Assembly: GCF_963921235.1 (NCBI RefSeq)
Contig: NC_086097.1
Span: 98,892,001 to 98,956,000, forward strand
Direction of reading: 5' to 3'
DNA from: Mobula hypostoma
Lineage: Eukaryota
Length of the DNA: 64,000 nucleotides
Shown here: piece by piece, positions 1 through 12,619 of the stretch
Layout: each line of letters starts with the position of its first letter
How positions within the stretch are numbered: the first letter of the stretch is position 1
Position numbers and translations under genes: made by a program
The notes under the pieces: generated by a model
What the model saw: only the letters and a program-made list of their open reading frames with translations
What the model was told of the DNA's origin: nothing
The model's database searches: none

Positions 1-571
1 TAGAATAGGAACAACTGATCATTCAGAGCACTGCTTCACTCACAGACCAGCAAGATGGCTCACAGACCAGCGAGATGGCTCACAAACAGCTTTTGGGCGG
101 GTCCTTGGTGATGTCACCTGAGGTCACCGACTGTGACCCCTCCTCCAGATGCAGTCGATCCTCTGCAGTGAACCCGGCACCCAGGCAAGGGCGGACACAC
201 ACCGGGTTCCCGCTGATCGTACCTTTCCACCCTTGTCGTTGTCTGGCACTTCTCACCCACTCGTGAGAGGCGCACCACTTCCAGGGTCTTGTTACCTCGG
301 GTGGCGTGTGTCCCTGTCTTAGTGAACCTGTCCCTTTTTATCCCCCTGCTGGGGTATCGCCTGTCCATCACTTCAAACAGTTCAGGGTTCAAAGGGGGGA
401 GCCGCTCCAGACAGCTCTCTCTCCCACATCCCTTCATTACACATCTCCAGACGCTGCTCCATTGTTCCTTATCTCTCCTTCCCCTGAGGGCAGGTAGCAG
501 ACCAACTGCTGATGCCACTGATGCTAGCCCAGGCCAGCAAACATCTTAATTTTATGTGTATTCTCGTAACA
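1..571 (-). mobile_element. Probable LTR (solo or partial) of an LTR retroelement, running off the window start
   Basis: Read on the - strand it begins TGTTACGAG at 571, directly against the Tc1 left end, and has a TATA-like GATAAAAAGG; no coding similarity. The other end is not visible, so this is inference. Confidence 0.35.
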
Positions 572-574
572 ATA

Positions 575-2146
575 CAATGCCTCTAAAAAGTATTCGCCCC
601 CACCTGGAAGTATTTATGTTTTATTGTTTTACAACATTGAATCACAGTGGATTTAATCTGGCTTTTTTTTTGACTCTGGTCAACAGAAAAAGAGTCCTTT
701 GAGTTAATAAAAACTTATTACTACAAAGTGATCTAAATTAATTTCCAAATATAAAACATGAAATAATTGCATATGTATATACCCGCGACTAGGCGGTATT
801 TAGTAGATGAACCTTTGGCAGCAATTACAGCCTTGAGTCTGTGTGGATAGATCACTATCAGCTTTGCAAGTCTGTGCACTGCAATTTTTTCCCATTCTTT
901 ACAAAACTGCTCAAGCCCTGTCAGATTGCATGAGGGTTGTGAGTGAACAGCCCTTTTCAAGTCCAGCCACAAATTCTCAATTGGATTGAGGTCTGGACTC
1001 TGACTTGGCCATTCCTGTGTAGCTTTGGCTTTATGCTTGGGGTCGTTGTCTTGCTGGAAAACAAATCTTCTCCCAAGTCACAGTTCTCTAGCAGACTTCA
1101 CCAGGTTTTCCTCCATGATTTCCCTGTATTTTGCTGCATTCATTTTGCCCTCTACCTTCACAAGCCTTCCAGGGCCTGCTGCAGTGAAGCATCCCCACAG
1201 CCTTGCAGTGATCCCCTGCAGTGATGCAGTCACCACCATGCTTCATGGTAGGGATGGTGTGTTTTTCATGACGTGCAGTGTTTGGCTTATGCCAGATATG
1301 GTGTTTAGTCATAAGCCAAAAAGCTCAATTTTGGTTTCATCAGACCAAAGAACCTTCTTCCAGCTGACTTCAGAGTCTCCCACATGCCTTCTGGCAAACT
1401 AACTGATATTTCTTGTGAGATTTTTTTTCAACAGTGGCTTTCTTTTTGCCACTCTCCCATAAAGCTGCAACTGGTGAAGCACCTGGGCAACAGCTGTTGT
1501 CTGCACAGTCTCCCCCATCTCAGCCACTGAGGCTTGTAACTCCTCCAAAGTTGTCATAGATCTCTTGGTGGCCTCCCTTGCTGGTCCCCTTCTTGCACAG
1601 TCACTCAGTTTTGAGGACAGCTCTATTTCTTGATGATTGACTGAACTGTACTCCAAGGGATATTTAGTGACCTAGAGATTTTCTTGTAGCCATCTCCTGA
1701 CGTGCTTTTCAATAACCTTTTTGCAGAGTTGCTTGGAGTGTTCTTTTGTCTTCATGGTGTAGTTTTTGCCAGGATATTGACTCACCAGCAGTTGGACCTT
1801 CCAGATACAGGTGTATTTTACTACAATCAATTGAAACACCTTGGCTGGACACGGTGATCTCCATTTAACTAATTATATGACTTCTCAAACCATTTGGCTG
1901 CACCAGTGATGATTTGGTGTGTCATATTAAAGGGGCTGAATACTTATGCAGTCAATTATTTTGTGTTTATATTTGTATATTAATTTAGATCACTTTGTAG
2001 AGATCTATTTTCACTTTGAAAAGAAAGTCTTTTTCTGTTGATCAGTGTCAAAAAAGCCAAATTAAATCCACTGTGATTCAATGTTGTAAAACAATAAAAC
2101 ATGAAAACTTACAAGGGGGTGGGGTAAATACTTTTAAAAGGCACTG
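575..2146 (-). mobile_element. Tc1/mariner DNA transposon with long (~200 bp) inverted repeats and a decayed transposase
   Basis: TA|CAATGCCTCTAAAAAGTATT at the left end and AATACTTTTAAAAGGCACTG|TA at the right end, with TA TSDs at 573-574 and 2147-2148. Minus-strand ORF fragments resemble Tc1 transposase (REATKRSMTTLEELQAS...GRVAKRKPLLKK; TMKHGG; WLDLKRAVH...RLKAVIAAKGSSTKY). Confidence 0.9.
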
Positions 2147-2148
2147 TA

Positions 2149-4250
2149 CATCTGACTTTAGCTTCTCCTTCTCAAATTTCAGGGTGAATTCGATCATATT
2201 ATGATCACTTGCCCCTAAGGGTTCTTTTACCTTAAGCTCTCTAATCAATTCTGGTTCATTTCAGAACACCCAATCCAGAATAGCTGATCCCCTAGTGGGC
2301 TCAACCACGAGCTGCTCTAAAAAGCCATCTCATAGGCATTCTAGAAATTCCCCCTCCTGGAATCCAGCACCAACCTGCCTTTCCCAATCTACCCGTATAT
2401 TGAAATCCCCCATTACTATGTTAACATTGGCCTTTTGGCATACATTTTCTCCCTCCCATAGACCGCATCCTTACTACTGTTGGGGGTCTGTATACAGCTC
2501 CCATCAGGGTCTCTTAACCCTTGCAGTTCCTTAGCTTTATCCACATTGATTCAACACTCTCCGCTCCAGGTCACCTCTTTCTAATGATTTGATTTCATTT
2601 TTTACCAACAGAGCAGCACCGCCCCCTCTGCCTTGTCCTTTTGATACCATGTGTATCCTTGGACATCAAGCTCCCTGTTGTAATCTTCTTTCAGCCACGA
2701 TTCAGTGATGCCTGCAATATCATATCTGCCAATCTGCAACTGTGCTGCAAGTTCACCTACCCTTTTCCGTATATTGCACACGTTCAGATATAACATCTTC
2801 AGTCCTGAATTCACCCTTTTTGATTTTGTCCGCCTTTTACATTGCAACTCATCCTCTTGACTGCAATTCTGCCCTTTCACAGCCTCTCCTCGCTACACAT
2901 TGCCTCTGTTTGTAAACCAATTACCTCATCTTCAGCTCTATTATCCGTCGTTCCTACGATACCTCTTTCATTAAAGTATAAGCAGCTCAGGACACTAGCC
3001 GCACCCAGGCTCAACCTTTTAGTTCCTTACTTTGTCTGAGGTCTTACCAAAATCTGCCTCCACTAACTGTTCTGGCACTCTGGTTCCCATCTCCCTGCAA
3101 ATAGGAAAACAGATTATTATCTGAATGGTGGCCGATTAGGAAAAGGGGAGGTGCAACGAGACCTGGGTGTCATTATACACCAGTCATTGAAAGTGGGCAT
3201 GCAGGTACAGCAGGCGGTGAAAAAGGCGAACGGTATGCTGGCATTTATAGCGAGAGGATTCGAGTACAGGAGCAGGGAGGTACTACTGCAGTTGTACAAG
3301 GCCTTGGTGAGACCACACCTGGAGTATTGTGTGCAGTTTTGGTCCCCTAATCTGAGGAAAGACATCTTTGCCATAGAGGGAGTACAAAGAAGGTTCACCA
3401 GATTGATTCCTGGGATGGCAGGTCTTTCATATGAAGAAAGACTGGATGAACTGGGCTTGTACTCGTTGGAATTTAGAAGATTGAGGGGGGATCTGATTGA
3501 AACGTATAAGATCCTAAAGGGATTGGACAGGCTAGATGCAGGAAGATTGTTCCCGATGTTGGGGAGGCCTAGAACGAGGGGTCACAGTTTGAGGATAGAG
3601 GGGAAGCCTTTTAGGACCGAGATTAGGAAAAACTTCTTCACACAGAGAGTGGTGAATCTGTGGAATTCTCTGCCACAGCAAACTGTTGAGGCCAGTTCAT
3701 TAGCTATGTTTAAAAGGAAGTTAGATATGGCCCTTGTGGCTACAGGGGTCAGGGGGTATGGAGGGAAGGCTGGGTTCTGAGTTGGATGATCAGCCATGAT
3801 CATAATAAATGGCGGTGCAGGCTCGAAGGGCCGAATGGCCTACTCCTGCACCTATTTTCTATGTTTCTATGTTAACTCCAGTTTAAACTTCACCATGCAG
3901 CATTAACAAACCTTCTCGCTAGGATATTAGTCTCCTTCCAGTTCAGGTGCAAACCGTCCCTTCTGTACGGGTCCCATCTTCCCTGGAAGAGAGCCCAATA
4001 ATCCAAGTATCTTATACCCTCCCTCCTACACCAACTCCTTAGCCAAGTATTAAACTGTATAATCTTCCTTGTTCTGGCCTCACTAGAATGTGACACGGGT
4101 AGCAATGCTGAGATCACAACTGTGGAGCTCCAGCCCTTTAACTCCTGAACTCCCTGTGCAGAACCTCGTCACTCGTTCTCCCCATGTCATTGGTACCTTC
4201 GTGGACCGTGACTTCTGACTGTTCACCCTCCCACATAAGAATGCCATCCA
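2149..4250 (-). mobile_element. Decayed CR1 LINE 5' region (ORF1 SGNH-esterase remnant and ORF2 endonuclease start), split by a younger CR1
   Basis: ORF 3890-4117 FNTWLRSWCRREG...DGLHLN (CR1 ORF1 esterase); ORF 2602-2880 LYLNVCNIRKRVGEL...DIAGITESWL (APE N-terminus). Confidence 0.8.
3100..3872 (+). mobile_element. 5'-truncated CR1 LINE (ORF2 C-terminus and 3' UTR) nested in an older CR1
   Basis: ORF 3151-3780 QRDLGV...LYKALVRPHLEYCVQFWSP...FFTQRVVNLWNSLP; tail (ttctatgt)n. Confidence 0.9.
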
Positions 4251-4707
4251 TGAAGATAATGTTGTCACATCAGTACATTGAATGTCATACAGGGTAAGAC
4301 AATAACAATGCAGAACAGAAGTTTACAGTTACGGAGGAAGTGCACTGCAGGTAAACAGTAAGCTGCAAAGCTCTAATGAGGTACATTGTGAGATCGAGAG
4401 TCCATTTTTCATTCAGTGGATAAAAGCTGTCCTTGAGCCTAGAGTTATGTGCTTTGGTATGCTCTGCCCGATCTGAGGGTGAAGAAGAGATGATGTCTAG
4501 GGTGAGCAGGGTCTTCTGATTATATTGGCTGCTTTACTGAGGCAGTGGAAAGTTGGACAGAATCTGTGGAGGAGAAGATCTACAACACTGCAGTCCCTTG
4601 CGGTCTTGGGCAGAGCAGAGCAGTTGCCACGCTATATCCTAATGCATCCAAATAAGATGTTTTTTAAACCAAAGTTCAAAATAAATTTATTATCAAGGTA
4701 CGTATTT

Positions 4708-5268
4708 CTGAGGCCTCCGTTGGTCAGAATTGACCATGGATATTGTGTCCTAGCTGTCTAGGTACGCAAGCCTGGGCAGTACAATATGGAGAGCAGGCTG
4801 TTGCCCATGTAGCAAGCTCCCCCTCTCCACGCATCAGATGAGCCCAAAGGAACGGCAGAGACCTATGCAGTTTGGTACCGGTAATGTCGCAGGAGTTGCC
4901 AGTCATTGTTGAACTCAGTGTAGGGCTGCCTTCGGGACTCCAGCTCCTGATTTTTCCCTTGGGGTTTACTCTTAAAGCCTTCCCCATGATGGGTACAGCC
5001 ACAAGGCAGCAGAGGTTTGAGATCAGAGTTTTCCTTCTCCTAGATGAGCTGCCAACCACGGCTGATGAGCCCCATCTCCTGTGGGTAGAAGCATTTCCGC
5101 TGGGCTTAATAGCTAAGCCACACATGAAGGCCAGGGGCTGGACTTGGTTGTCAGGAGCTGTTGAGACACACACCAATGGGAGCATTTAATAGGTAGTGGG
5201 GGCTTGTCCCCATTGCCACCACCCCCCCCCCCACCGGCTGTAACGACCTCAAGGAGCCAAGAAGTCGA
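4708..5268. mobile_element. Probable non-autonomous retroelement inserted into an L2-like 3' tail
   Basis: Interrupts a LINE tail; flanked by the similar sequences aggtacgtat and aagtacatat. Family not firmly assigned. Confidence 0.35.
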
Positions 5269-5954
5269 AGTACATATACGTCATAATATACAACCCTGAA
5301 ATTCATTTTCTTGCAGGCATACTTGTACTCAATAAACCCATAAGGGAATAATAACCATAGCAGAATCAATGAAAGACCACACCAACCTGGGGGTTCAACC
5401 AATGAACAGAGGACAACAAACTTTGGAAATACAAAAATACATAGCCCACAGAATGTCGCCCTGGTTCACTGTGCCATCTTGCATTGATTAAAAGTTGGTG
5501 AGGTTCAAATGGAATGTATCAAAATTCTTTAGCTTCCTGAGGAAGTAATGGTGCTGACGAGCTTTTTTGGTTGTGGCGTCTACATGGTTGGACCGGAACA
5601 GGTGACTGGTGAAGTTCATACTTCAGAACTTGAAGCTTTCAACCCTCTTGACCTCAGCACCTTTGATGTAAACACCCACCTCCTGTTAATTTTTTGTTTT
5701 GCTGATGTTGACGGAAAGAGTGACATCAGACCTACTCATTATTATTTGTGACACAACTCACTACATCTGCAAAGTTGGAGATGGAATTAGAGCAGAATCT
5801 GGCCACACAGTTGTGTGTGGTAAAGGGGTGGGGTAGGAGGCTGAAGATGCAGCCTTGTGGGGCATCACTGTTGAGCATAGTTGTGCTTATCAGACAGAAA
5901 GCAAAGTGTGTAAATTGATAGATCTTTCTCAAGTTGACTCATGGGGTCCGAATG

Positions 5955-6034
5955 CAGGGGTTTCCAACCCTTTCTTATGCCATGGATCCCTACCATTAAT
6001 CAAGGGGTCCGTGGACCTCAGATTGGGAACCCTG
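5955..6034. mobile_element. Tiny hAT-like MITE (~80 bp)
   Basis: Imperfect TIRs CAGGGGTTTCCAACC / GATTGGGAACCCTG; flanking 8-mers tccgaatg and tcctgatg (6/8 match) resemble an 8-bp TSD. Confidence 0.5.
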
Positions 6035-6263
6035 TCCTGATGGTGGTGAGCCATGTGTGATTGTGAGCAGGGCGGAGGATGGTGGTGTGGGACGAGCTGT
6101 GGTAAGTGACTGAGAACATGGCACATGAAAAAAGGGCACACAAAACTAAAATTCAGGGTATTTCTAAAATTATTTGTAATATTGATTAAAAATTAAACTA
6201 CTAGAGGAAGTCTGCCATCAAGCAGCTTCTGTGGAGACAAAGAATTGGTTTACTTTTCAAGTT

Positions 6264-7162
6264 GAGCAAGAACGATGAGTCAGCATACAGAGGGGAGGTG
6301 CAGTGGCTAACGGACTGGTGCAGAGCCAACAACCTGTCTCTGAATCTGAACAAAACAAAAGATGGTTGTTGACTTCAGGAGGACACGGAATGACCACTCT
6401 TTGCTGAACATCGACGACTCCTCCCTAGAGATCGTTAAGAGCACCAAATTTCTTGGTGTTCACCTGGTGGAGAATCTCACCTGGTCCCTCAACACCAGCT
6501 CCATAGCAAAGAAAGCCCAGCAGCGTCTCTACTTTCTGCGAAGGCTGAGGAAAGTCCATCTCCCACACCCCATCCTACTACATTCCACAGAGGTTGTATT
6601 GAGAGCATCCTGAGCAGCTGCATCACTGCCTGGTTCGGAAATTGCACCATCTCGGATCGCAAGACCCTGCAGCGGATAGTGAGGTCAGCTGAGAATATCA
6701 ACGGGGTCTCTCTTCCTGCCATTAGGGACATTTACTCCACGTGCTGCATCCGTAAAGCAAACAGCATTATGAAGGACCCCACGCATCCCTCATACGAACT
6801 CTTCTCCCTCCTGCCATCTGGCAAAAGGCACCGAAGCATTCGGGCTCTCACGACCAGACTATGTAACAGTTTCTTCCCCCAAGCCATCAGACTCCTCAAT
6901 ACCCAGAGCCTGGTCTGACACCAACCTACTGCCCTCTACTATGCCTATTGTCTTATTATTATTTATTGTAATGCCTGCACTGTTTTGTGCACTTTATGCA
7001 GTCCTCGGCAGGTTTGTGTTGTTTTCTTACATAGTTCAGTGTAGTTTTTGTATTGTTCATGTAGCACCATGGTCCTGAAAAACGTTGTCTCATTTTTACT
7101 GTGTACTGTATCAGTAGTTATGGTTGAAATGACAATAAAAAAGTGACTTGACTTGACTTGAG
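6264..7162 (+). mobile_element. 5'-truncated L2-clade LINE (RT C-terminal part and 3' UTR)
   Basis: Frameshifted ORFs MVVDFRR...KFLGVHL...KKAQQRLYFLRRL and HPSYELFSLLPSGKRHRSI...NSFFPQAIRLLN; ends aataaaaagt(gactt)n. Confidence 0.85.
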
Positions 7163-8016
7163 ATTCTGCACCAGGCATGAGAATGCAGAGGGGAAAGCCT
7201 TATCTTGAAAACATATACAGTGGAGTTGGGGAAACTGAGAGAATATTGATGTTGGCTGGGACCTGGAGGTTCCTGTCACTGAAAGCCAACACGAAGGCAC
7301 AGTATATGACAGGAAGACAAGTGGTATGTTGGCTACTGGGAGTATACTCGTGTGTAACTGTGAGACTCACTACAATTCTACAGGGCCTTTCTTTGATCGC
7401 ATCTGGTCTATGGGGCGTACTTTTGCTCTTCTAAACTATAAAAGGAACGGGCCTGCCTCAAGAGACTGCATTGGAGATTCACTAGATCAGTTCCAGGAGC
7501 AGAGAGTGAGTGGACTGGGACTCTAAGCTCCAGAGTTTGGAAGAACAACAGGGTATCTCATTGAATTTAGAAAATTCTTACAATGATTGAAGGTTGGATG
7601 TAGGAAGGGTGAAGTGAATAGAACCAGGGGCACAGGCTCCGACTAGGGTGGAGGTGATGGGCAAATATCTTCACCCAGAATGTCGTGAATCTTTGGAATT
7701 CATACCCAGCAGGGGTGTTATTGAAGGTAGAAATTGAGAGTGCACGGAAAATGCCAATCATGTGATTGAACTGCTCCTGAAGTGTATTTTCTACAGGCCA
7801 AGTTAGGTGAGATTGCCAGAGGTACTTTGCAGTGCCGGAGAGGGGGCTAATTGCTTCCAGCTCTGGGTAAGGGTGTCAGACTGATGGACAATGCTCACTC
7901 AGCCTGTTGCATCTTGTGTCTTGAACTGTGAGAGGCCTGGGGAGAGGGGCAAGAAACAAACATCTTTACTATGGACTGCCTGAGCCAAAAGCACATCCTA
8001 TTCTGCTAAACTGCAG

Positions 8017-8933
8017 CAACACACATCAAAGTTGCTGGTGAGCGCAGCAGGCCAGGCAGCATCTCTAGGAAGAGGTACAGTTGATGTTTCAGGCCGAGAC
8101 CCTTCGTCAGGACTAACTGAAGGAAGAGTTAGTAAGAGATTTGAAAGTGGGAGGGCGAGGGGGAGATCCAAAATGATAGGAGAAGACAGGAGGGGGAGGG
8201 ATGGAGCCAAGAGCTGGACAGGTGATAGGCAAAGGGGATACGAGAGGATCATGGGACAGGAGGTCCGGGAAGAAAGACAAGGGGGGGGGAACCCAGATGA
8301 TGGGCAAGGGGTATGGTCAGAGGGACAGAGGGAGAAAAAGGAGAGTGAGAGAAAGAATGTGTGTATAAAAATAAATAACAGATGGGGTACGAGGGGGAGG
8401 TGGGGCATTAGCGGAAGTTAGAGAACAACACCTTATATTCCGTCTGGGTAGCCTCCAACCTGATGGCATGAACATTGACTTCTCTAACTTCCGCTAAGGC
8501 CCCACCTCCCCCTTGTATCCCATCTGTTATTTATTTTTATACACACATTCGTTCTCTTACTCTCCTTTTTCTCCCTCTGTCCCTCTGAATATACCTCTTG
8601 CCCATCCTCTGGGTTCCCCCCCCCCCCGCCTTGTCTTTCTTCCCGGACCTCCTGTCCCATGATTCTCTCATATCCCCTTTGCCAATCACCTGCCCAGCTC
8701 TTGGCTCCATTCCTCCCCCTCCTGTCTTCTCCTATCATTTTGGATCTCCCCCTCCCCCTCCAACTTTCAAATCTCTTACTAGCTCTTCCTTCAGTTAGTC
8801 CTGACGAAGGGTCTCGGCCTGAAACGTCGACTGCACCTCTTCCTAGAGATGCTGCCTGGCCTGCTGCGTTCACCAGCAACTTTGATGTGTGCTGCTTGAA
8901 TTTCCAGCATCTGCAGAATTCCTGTTGTTTGCG
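8017..8933. mobile_element. Penelope-like element fragment with an inverted pseudo-LTR arrangement and 14-bp TSD
   Basis: Arms ~8017-8424 and ~8481-8894 are reverse complements. The spacer and start of the right arm encode QHLIFRLGSLQPDGMNIDFSNFR*, like a GIY-YIG C-terminus. TSD ctgctaaactgcag at 8003-8016 and 8934-8947. Confidence 0.8.
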
Positions 8934-8963
8934 CTGCTAAACTGCAGTTTTTGTTGCATGCAG

Positions 8964-9068
8964 GAAATGGTGTCATTCATTCTGAGCGAGTGTTCAGGAC
9001 AATGATGGCCACAAACCGAGCCCATTACTCCAAAACCTCTCCCTTCATCGATTCTCCACAGAGCATAG
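8964..9068 (+). CDS. pcmtl: PIMT/PCMT1-family methyltransferase, coding exon 2 (NGVIHSERVFRTMMATNRAHYSKTSPFIDSPQSI)
   Basis: cag|...|gtgagt boundaries, 105 bp, phase 1 to 1; aligns to PCMT1 [21 protein letters not shown]...DSPQSIG. Paralog assignment is inference. Confidence 0.92.
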
Positions 9069-9152
9069 GTGAGTCCCTAACAATGTCAGACATGGGAAGT
9101 TACGAGAGCTGGGGTTTTACCTTGGGATATCTGACCTGCACCCAAACACTTC

Positions 9153-11720
9153 TTGCTCGCTCCACTCCCCTCACACCACTCCATTCCCCTCCCCTCCCCT
9201 CCCCTCACATCACTCCACTCCCCTCCACTCCACTCCCCTCACACCACTCCATTCCCCCTGCTCCACTCCCCTCCCCTCCCCTCACATCACTCCACTCCCC
9301 TCCACTCCCCTCACACCACTCCATTCCCCTCTGCTCCATTCCCCTCCATTCCACTCCCCTTCCCTCCCCTCCCCTCCACTCCGCTCCCTCACACCACTCC
9401 ATTCCCCTCGCTCCACTCCCCTCCCCTCCCCTCACATCACTCCACTCCCCTCCCCTCCACTCCTCTCACACCACTCCATTCCCCTCTGCTCCATTCCCTC
9501 CATTCCACTCCCCTTCCCTCCCCTCCCCTCCACTCCGCTCCCTCACACCACTCCATTCCCCTCGCTCCACTCCCCTCCCCTCCCCTCACATCACTCCACT
9601 CCCCTCCCCTCCACTCCCCTCCACTCCACTCCCCTCACACCACTCCATTCCCCCTGCTCCACTCCCCTCCCCTCCCCTCACATCACTCCACTCCCCTCCC
9701 CTCCACTCCCCTCACACCACTCCATTCCCCTCTGCTCCATTCCCTCCATTCCACTCCCCTTCCCTCCCCTCCACTCCACTCCCCTCACACCACTCCATTC
9801 CCCCTGCTCCACTCCCCTCCCCTCACATCACTCCACTCCCCTCCCCTCACACCACTCCATTCCCCTCTGCTCCATTCCCTCCATTCCACTCCCCTTCCCT
9901 CCCCTCCCCTCCACTCCACTCCCCTCACACCACTCCATTCCCCCTGCTCCACTCCCCTCCCCTTCCCTCACATCACTCCACTCCCCTCACACCACTCCAT
10001 TCCCCTCTGCTCCATTCCCTCCATTCCACTCCCCTTCCCTCCCCTCCCCTCCACTCCACTCCCCTCACACCACTCCATTCCCCTCGCTCCACTCCCCTCA
10101 CACCACTCCATTCCCCTCGCTCCACTCCCCTCCCCTCCACTCCCCTCACTCCACTCCCCTCCCCTCCCCTCCACTCCCCTCACACCACTCCATTCCCCTC
10201 TTCTCCACTCCCCTCCCCTCCCCTCACATCACTCCACTCCCCTCCCCTCCACTCCCCTCACACCACTCCATTCCCCTCTGCTCCATTCCCTCCATTCCAC
10301 TCCCCTTCCCTCCCCTCCCCTCCACTCCACTCACTCCATTCCCCTCGCTCCACTCCCCTCCCCTCCACTCCCCTCACTCCACTCCCCTCCCCTCCACTCC
10401 ACTCCCCTCACACCACTCCATTCCCCTCTGCTCCACTCCCCTCCCCTCCCCTCACATCACTCCACTCCCCTCCCCTCCACTCCCCTCACACCACTCCATT
10501 CCCCTCTGCTCCATTCCCTCCATTCCACTCCCCTTCCCTCCCCTCCCCTCTCCTCCCCTCCACTCCACTCCCCTCACACCACTCCATTCTCCTCGCTCCA
10601 CTCCCCTCCCCTCCACTCCCCTCACTCCACTCCCCTCCCCTCCACTCCACTCCCCTCACACCACTCCATTCCCCTCGCTCCACTCCCCTCCCCTCCACTC
10701 CCCTCACTCCACTCCCCTCCCCTCCACTCCACTCCCCTCACACCACTCCATTCCCCTCTGCTCCACTCCCCTCCCCTCCCCTCACATCACTCCACTCCCC
10801 TCCCCTCACACCACTCCATTCCCCTCTGCTCCATTCCCTCCATTCCACTCCCCTTCCCTCCCCTCCCCTCCACTCCACTCCCCTCACACCACTCCATTCT
10901 CCTCGCTCCACTCCCCTCCCCTCCACTCCCCTCACTCCACTCCCCTCCCCTCCACTCCACTCCCCTCACACCACTCCATTCCCCTCTGCTCCACTCCACT
11001 CCCCTCTGCTCCACTCCCCCTCATGCCACTCCATTCCCCTCTGCTCCACTCCACTCCCTCACGCCACTCCACTCCCCTGACACCGCTCCCCTCCCCTCTC
11101 GCCACTCCACTCCCCTGACACCGCTCCACTCCCCTCTCACCGCTCCACTCCCCTCTCGCCACTCCACTCCACTCCCCTGACACCGCTCCACTCCCCTCTC
11201 GCCACTCCACTCCACTCCCCTGACACCACTCCCCTCCCCTCTCGCCACTCCACTCCCCTGACACCAGTCCCCTCCCCTCTCGCCACTCCACTACCCTCCA
11301 CTCCACTCCCCTGACACTGCTCCACTCCCTTCTCGCCACTCCACTCCCCTCTCGCTACTCCCCTCCCCTCACGCCACTCCACTTCCCTCATGCCACTCCA
11401 CTCCATTCCACTCCCCTCCCCTCCCCTCACGCCACTCCACTCCCCTCACACCACTCCCCTCCCCTCCGCTCCACGCCACTCCCCTCCCCTTGCTCCACTC
11501 CACTCCCTCACGCCACTCCACTCCCCTCTATCCCCCTTGCTCCACTCCACTCCACTGATGCTGCTCCCCTCCCCTCCCCTTGCTTCATTCCACTCCCCTC
11601 CCCCACACTCCATTTCCCATCCCTCGCCCCAGCCCTCCCTATCTCCACTTCCCTCAGTCTATTCCCCTTCTTCACTTAATTCCACCTCCTCACTCCCTCC
11701 CTCTCTCCCCTCCCTCCCCT
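9153..11720. repeat. C/T-rich pentamer-based low-complexity array (CCCCT/CCACT/CCATT) in PIMT intron 2
   Basis: About 2.5 kb of near-pure pyrimidine plus A on the + strand, with recurring modules such as cctcacaccactccattcccctctgctcca. Confidence 0.95.
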
Positions 11721-11995
11721 CCTTCCCTCACACCGCCTCCCTCTCCTTGGGATTGAATCTTGGGCTGTCAGGGAGGGGATGTGTGGATGGAATGGAGGGG
11801 TTGGTATTCTGCCCCACTCCCCTAGCCCCCAGTGGGTTTCCGTTCATGTCTCCGAACACTCACTATGATCTGTCACAGTAGCCCAGTGTGTATGAGATTA
11901 CTGCATCATGTTGTGTTTGTCTGTCTGTACAGTATCTACAGGCTGTTGTCAGGGAAGTAAATCTTCTTGTCATATCTCCCTTTTTATTTCTCTAG

Positions 11996-12027
11996 GTTAC
12001 CAGGCAACCATCTCTGCACCTCACATG
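11996..12027 (+). CDS. pcmtl: PIMT exon 3 (GYQATISAPHM)
   Basis: tttctctag|GTTAC...CACATG|gtaagt, 32 bp; contains the conserved PIMT TISAPHM motif. Confidence 0.95.
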
Positions 12028-12167
12028 GTAAGTGATGGACAGACATACATATCCCGTTGGAACCATATACTGCCCATGGGTCTGAAACAGTTGCTGAGGG
12101 AAGGGAATGTCTCGCTGAGCAAGTGGGCATTACAGGGGGTTGAGCTGAATCTTCACTGAACCCTCTC

Positions 12168-12343
12168 AACTCCCCGAGCAAGAGATGCACCAGGCTGAGT
12201 GTGTACATTCTGCTCATGGTTCAGGAGTTGTTAAAGTGCCAGGTCTACAAGAATCAACTCCCCAAGCAAGAGACACACCAGGCTGGGCGTGTACATTCTG
12301 CTCGTGGTGCAGGAGTTGTTAAAGTGCTGGGTCTACAAGAATC
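12168..12343. repeat. 88-bp tandem duplication (2 diverged copies)
   Basis: aactcccc..gcaagaga...gtctacaagaatc starts at 12168 and again at 12256. Confidence 0.7.
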
Positions 12344-12619
12344 CTTGGGCTTTACTGAGATGGATAGAGCTGTATGCACTACTGTTTGTAGCATTTACTG
12401 TGTAAGGGCATTGTGTGTTTCCATACCAGGCCGTGATACAACTAGTCAATATACTCTTCACCACAAATCAATAGAAGTTTGTCAAAGTTTTAGAAGTCAT
12501 GCCAAATCTTTGCGAAGTTCTAAGGAAGTAAAGGTGCTGCCATACTTGCTTCATAATGGCCCTGGCGTGCTGGGCCCAGGACAGGTCCTCTGAAATGATA
12601 ACCGAGCAATTTAAAGTTA

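Noticed and set aside
1..8963. PIMT exon 1 (MAW...)
   Set aside because: No matching ATG-to-donor segment found; probably upstream of the window.
8951..11180. 709-aa and 675-aa Pro/Ser/His/Leu-rich ORFs
   Set aside because: Products of a stop-free C/T repeat; only 8964-9068 is a real exon, closed by a canonical donor.
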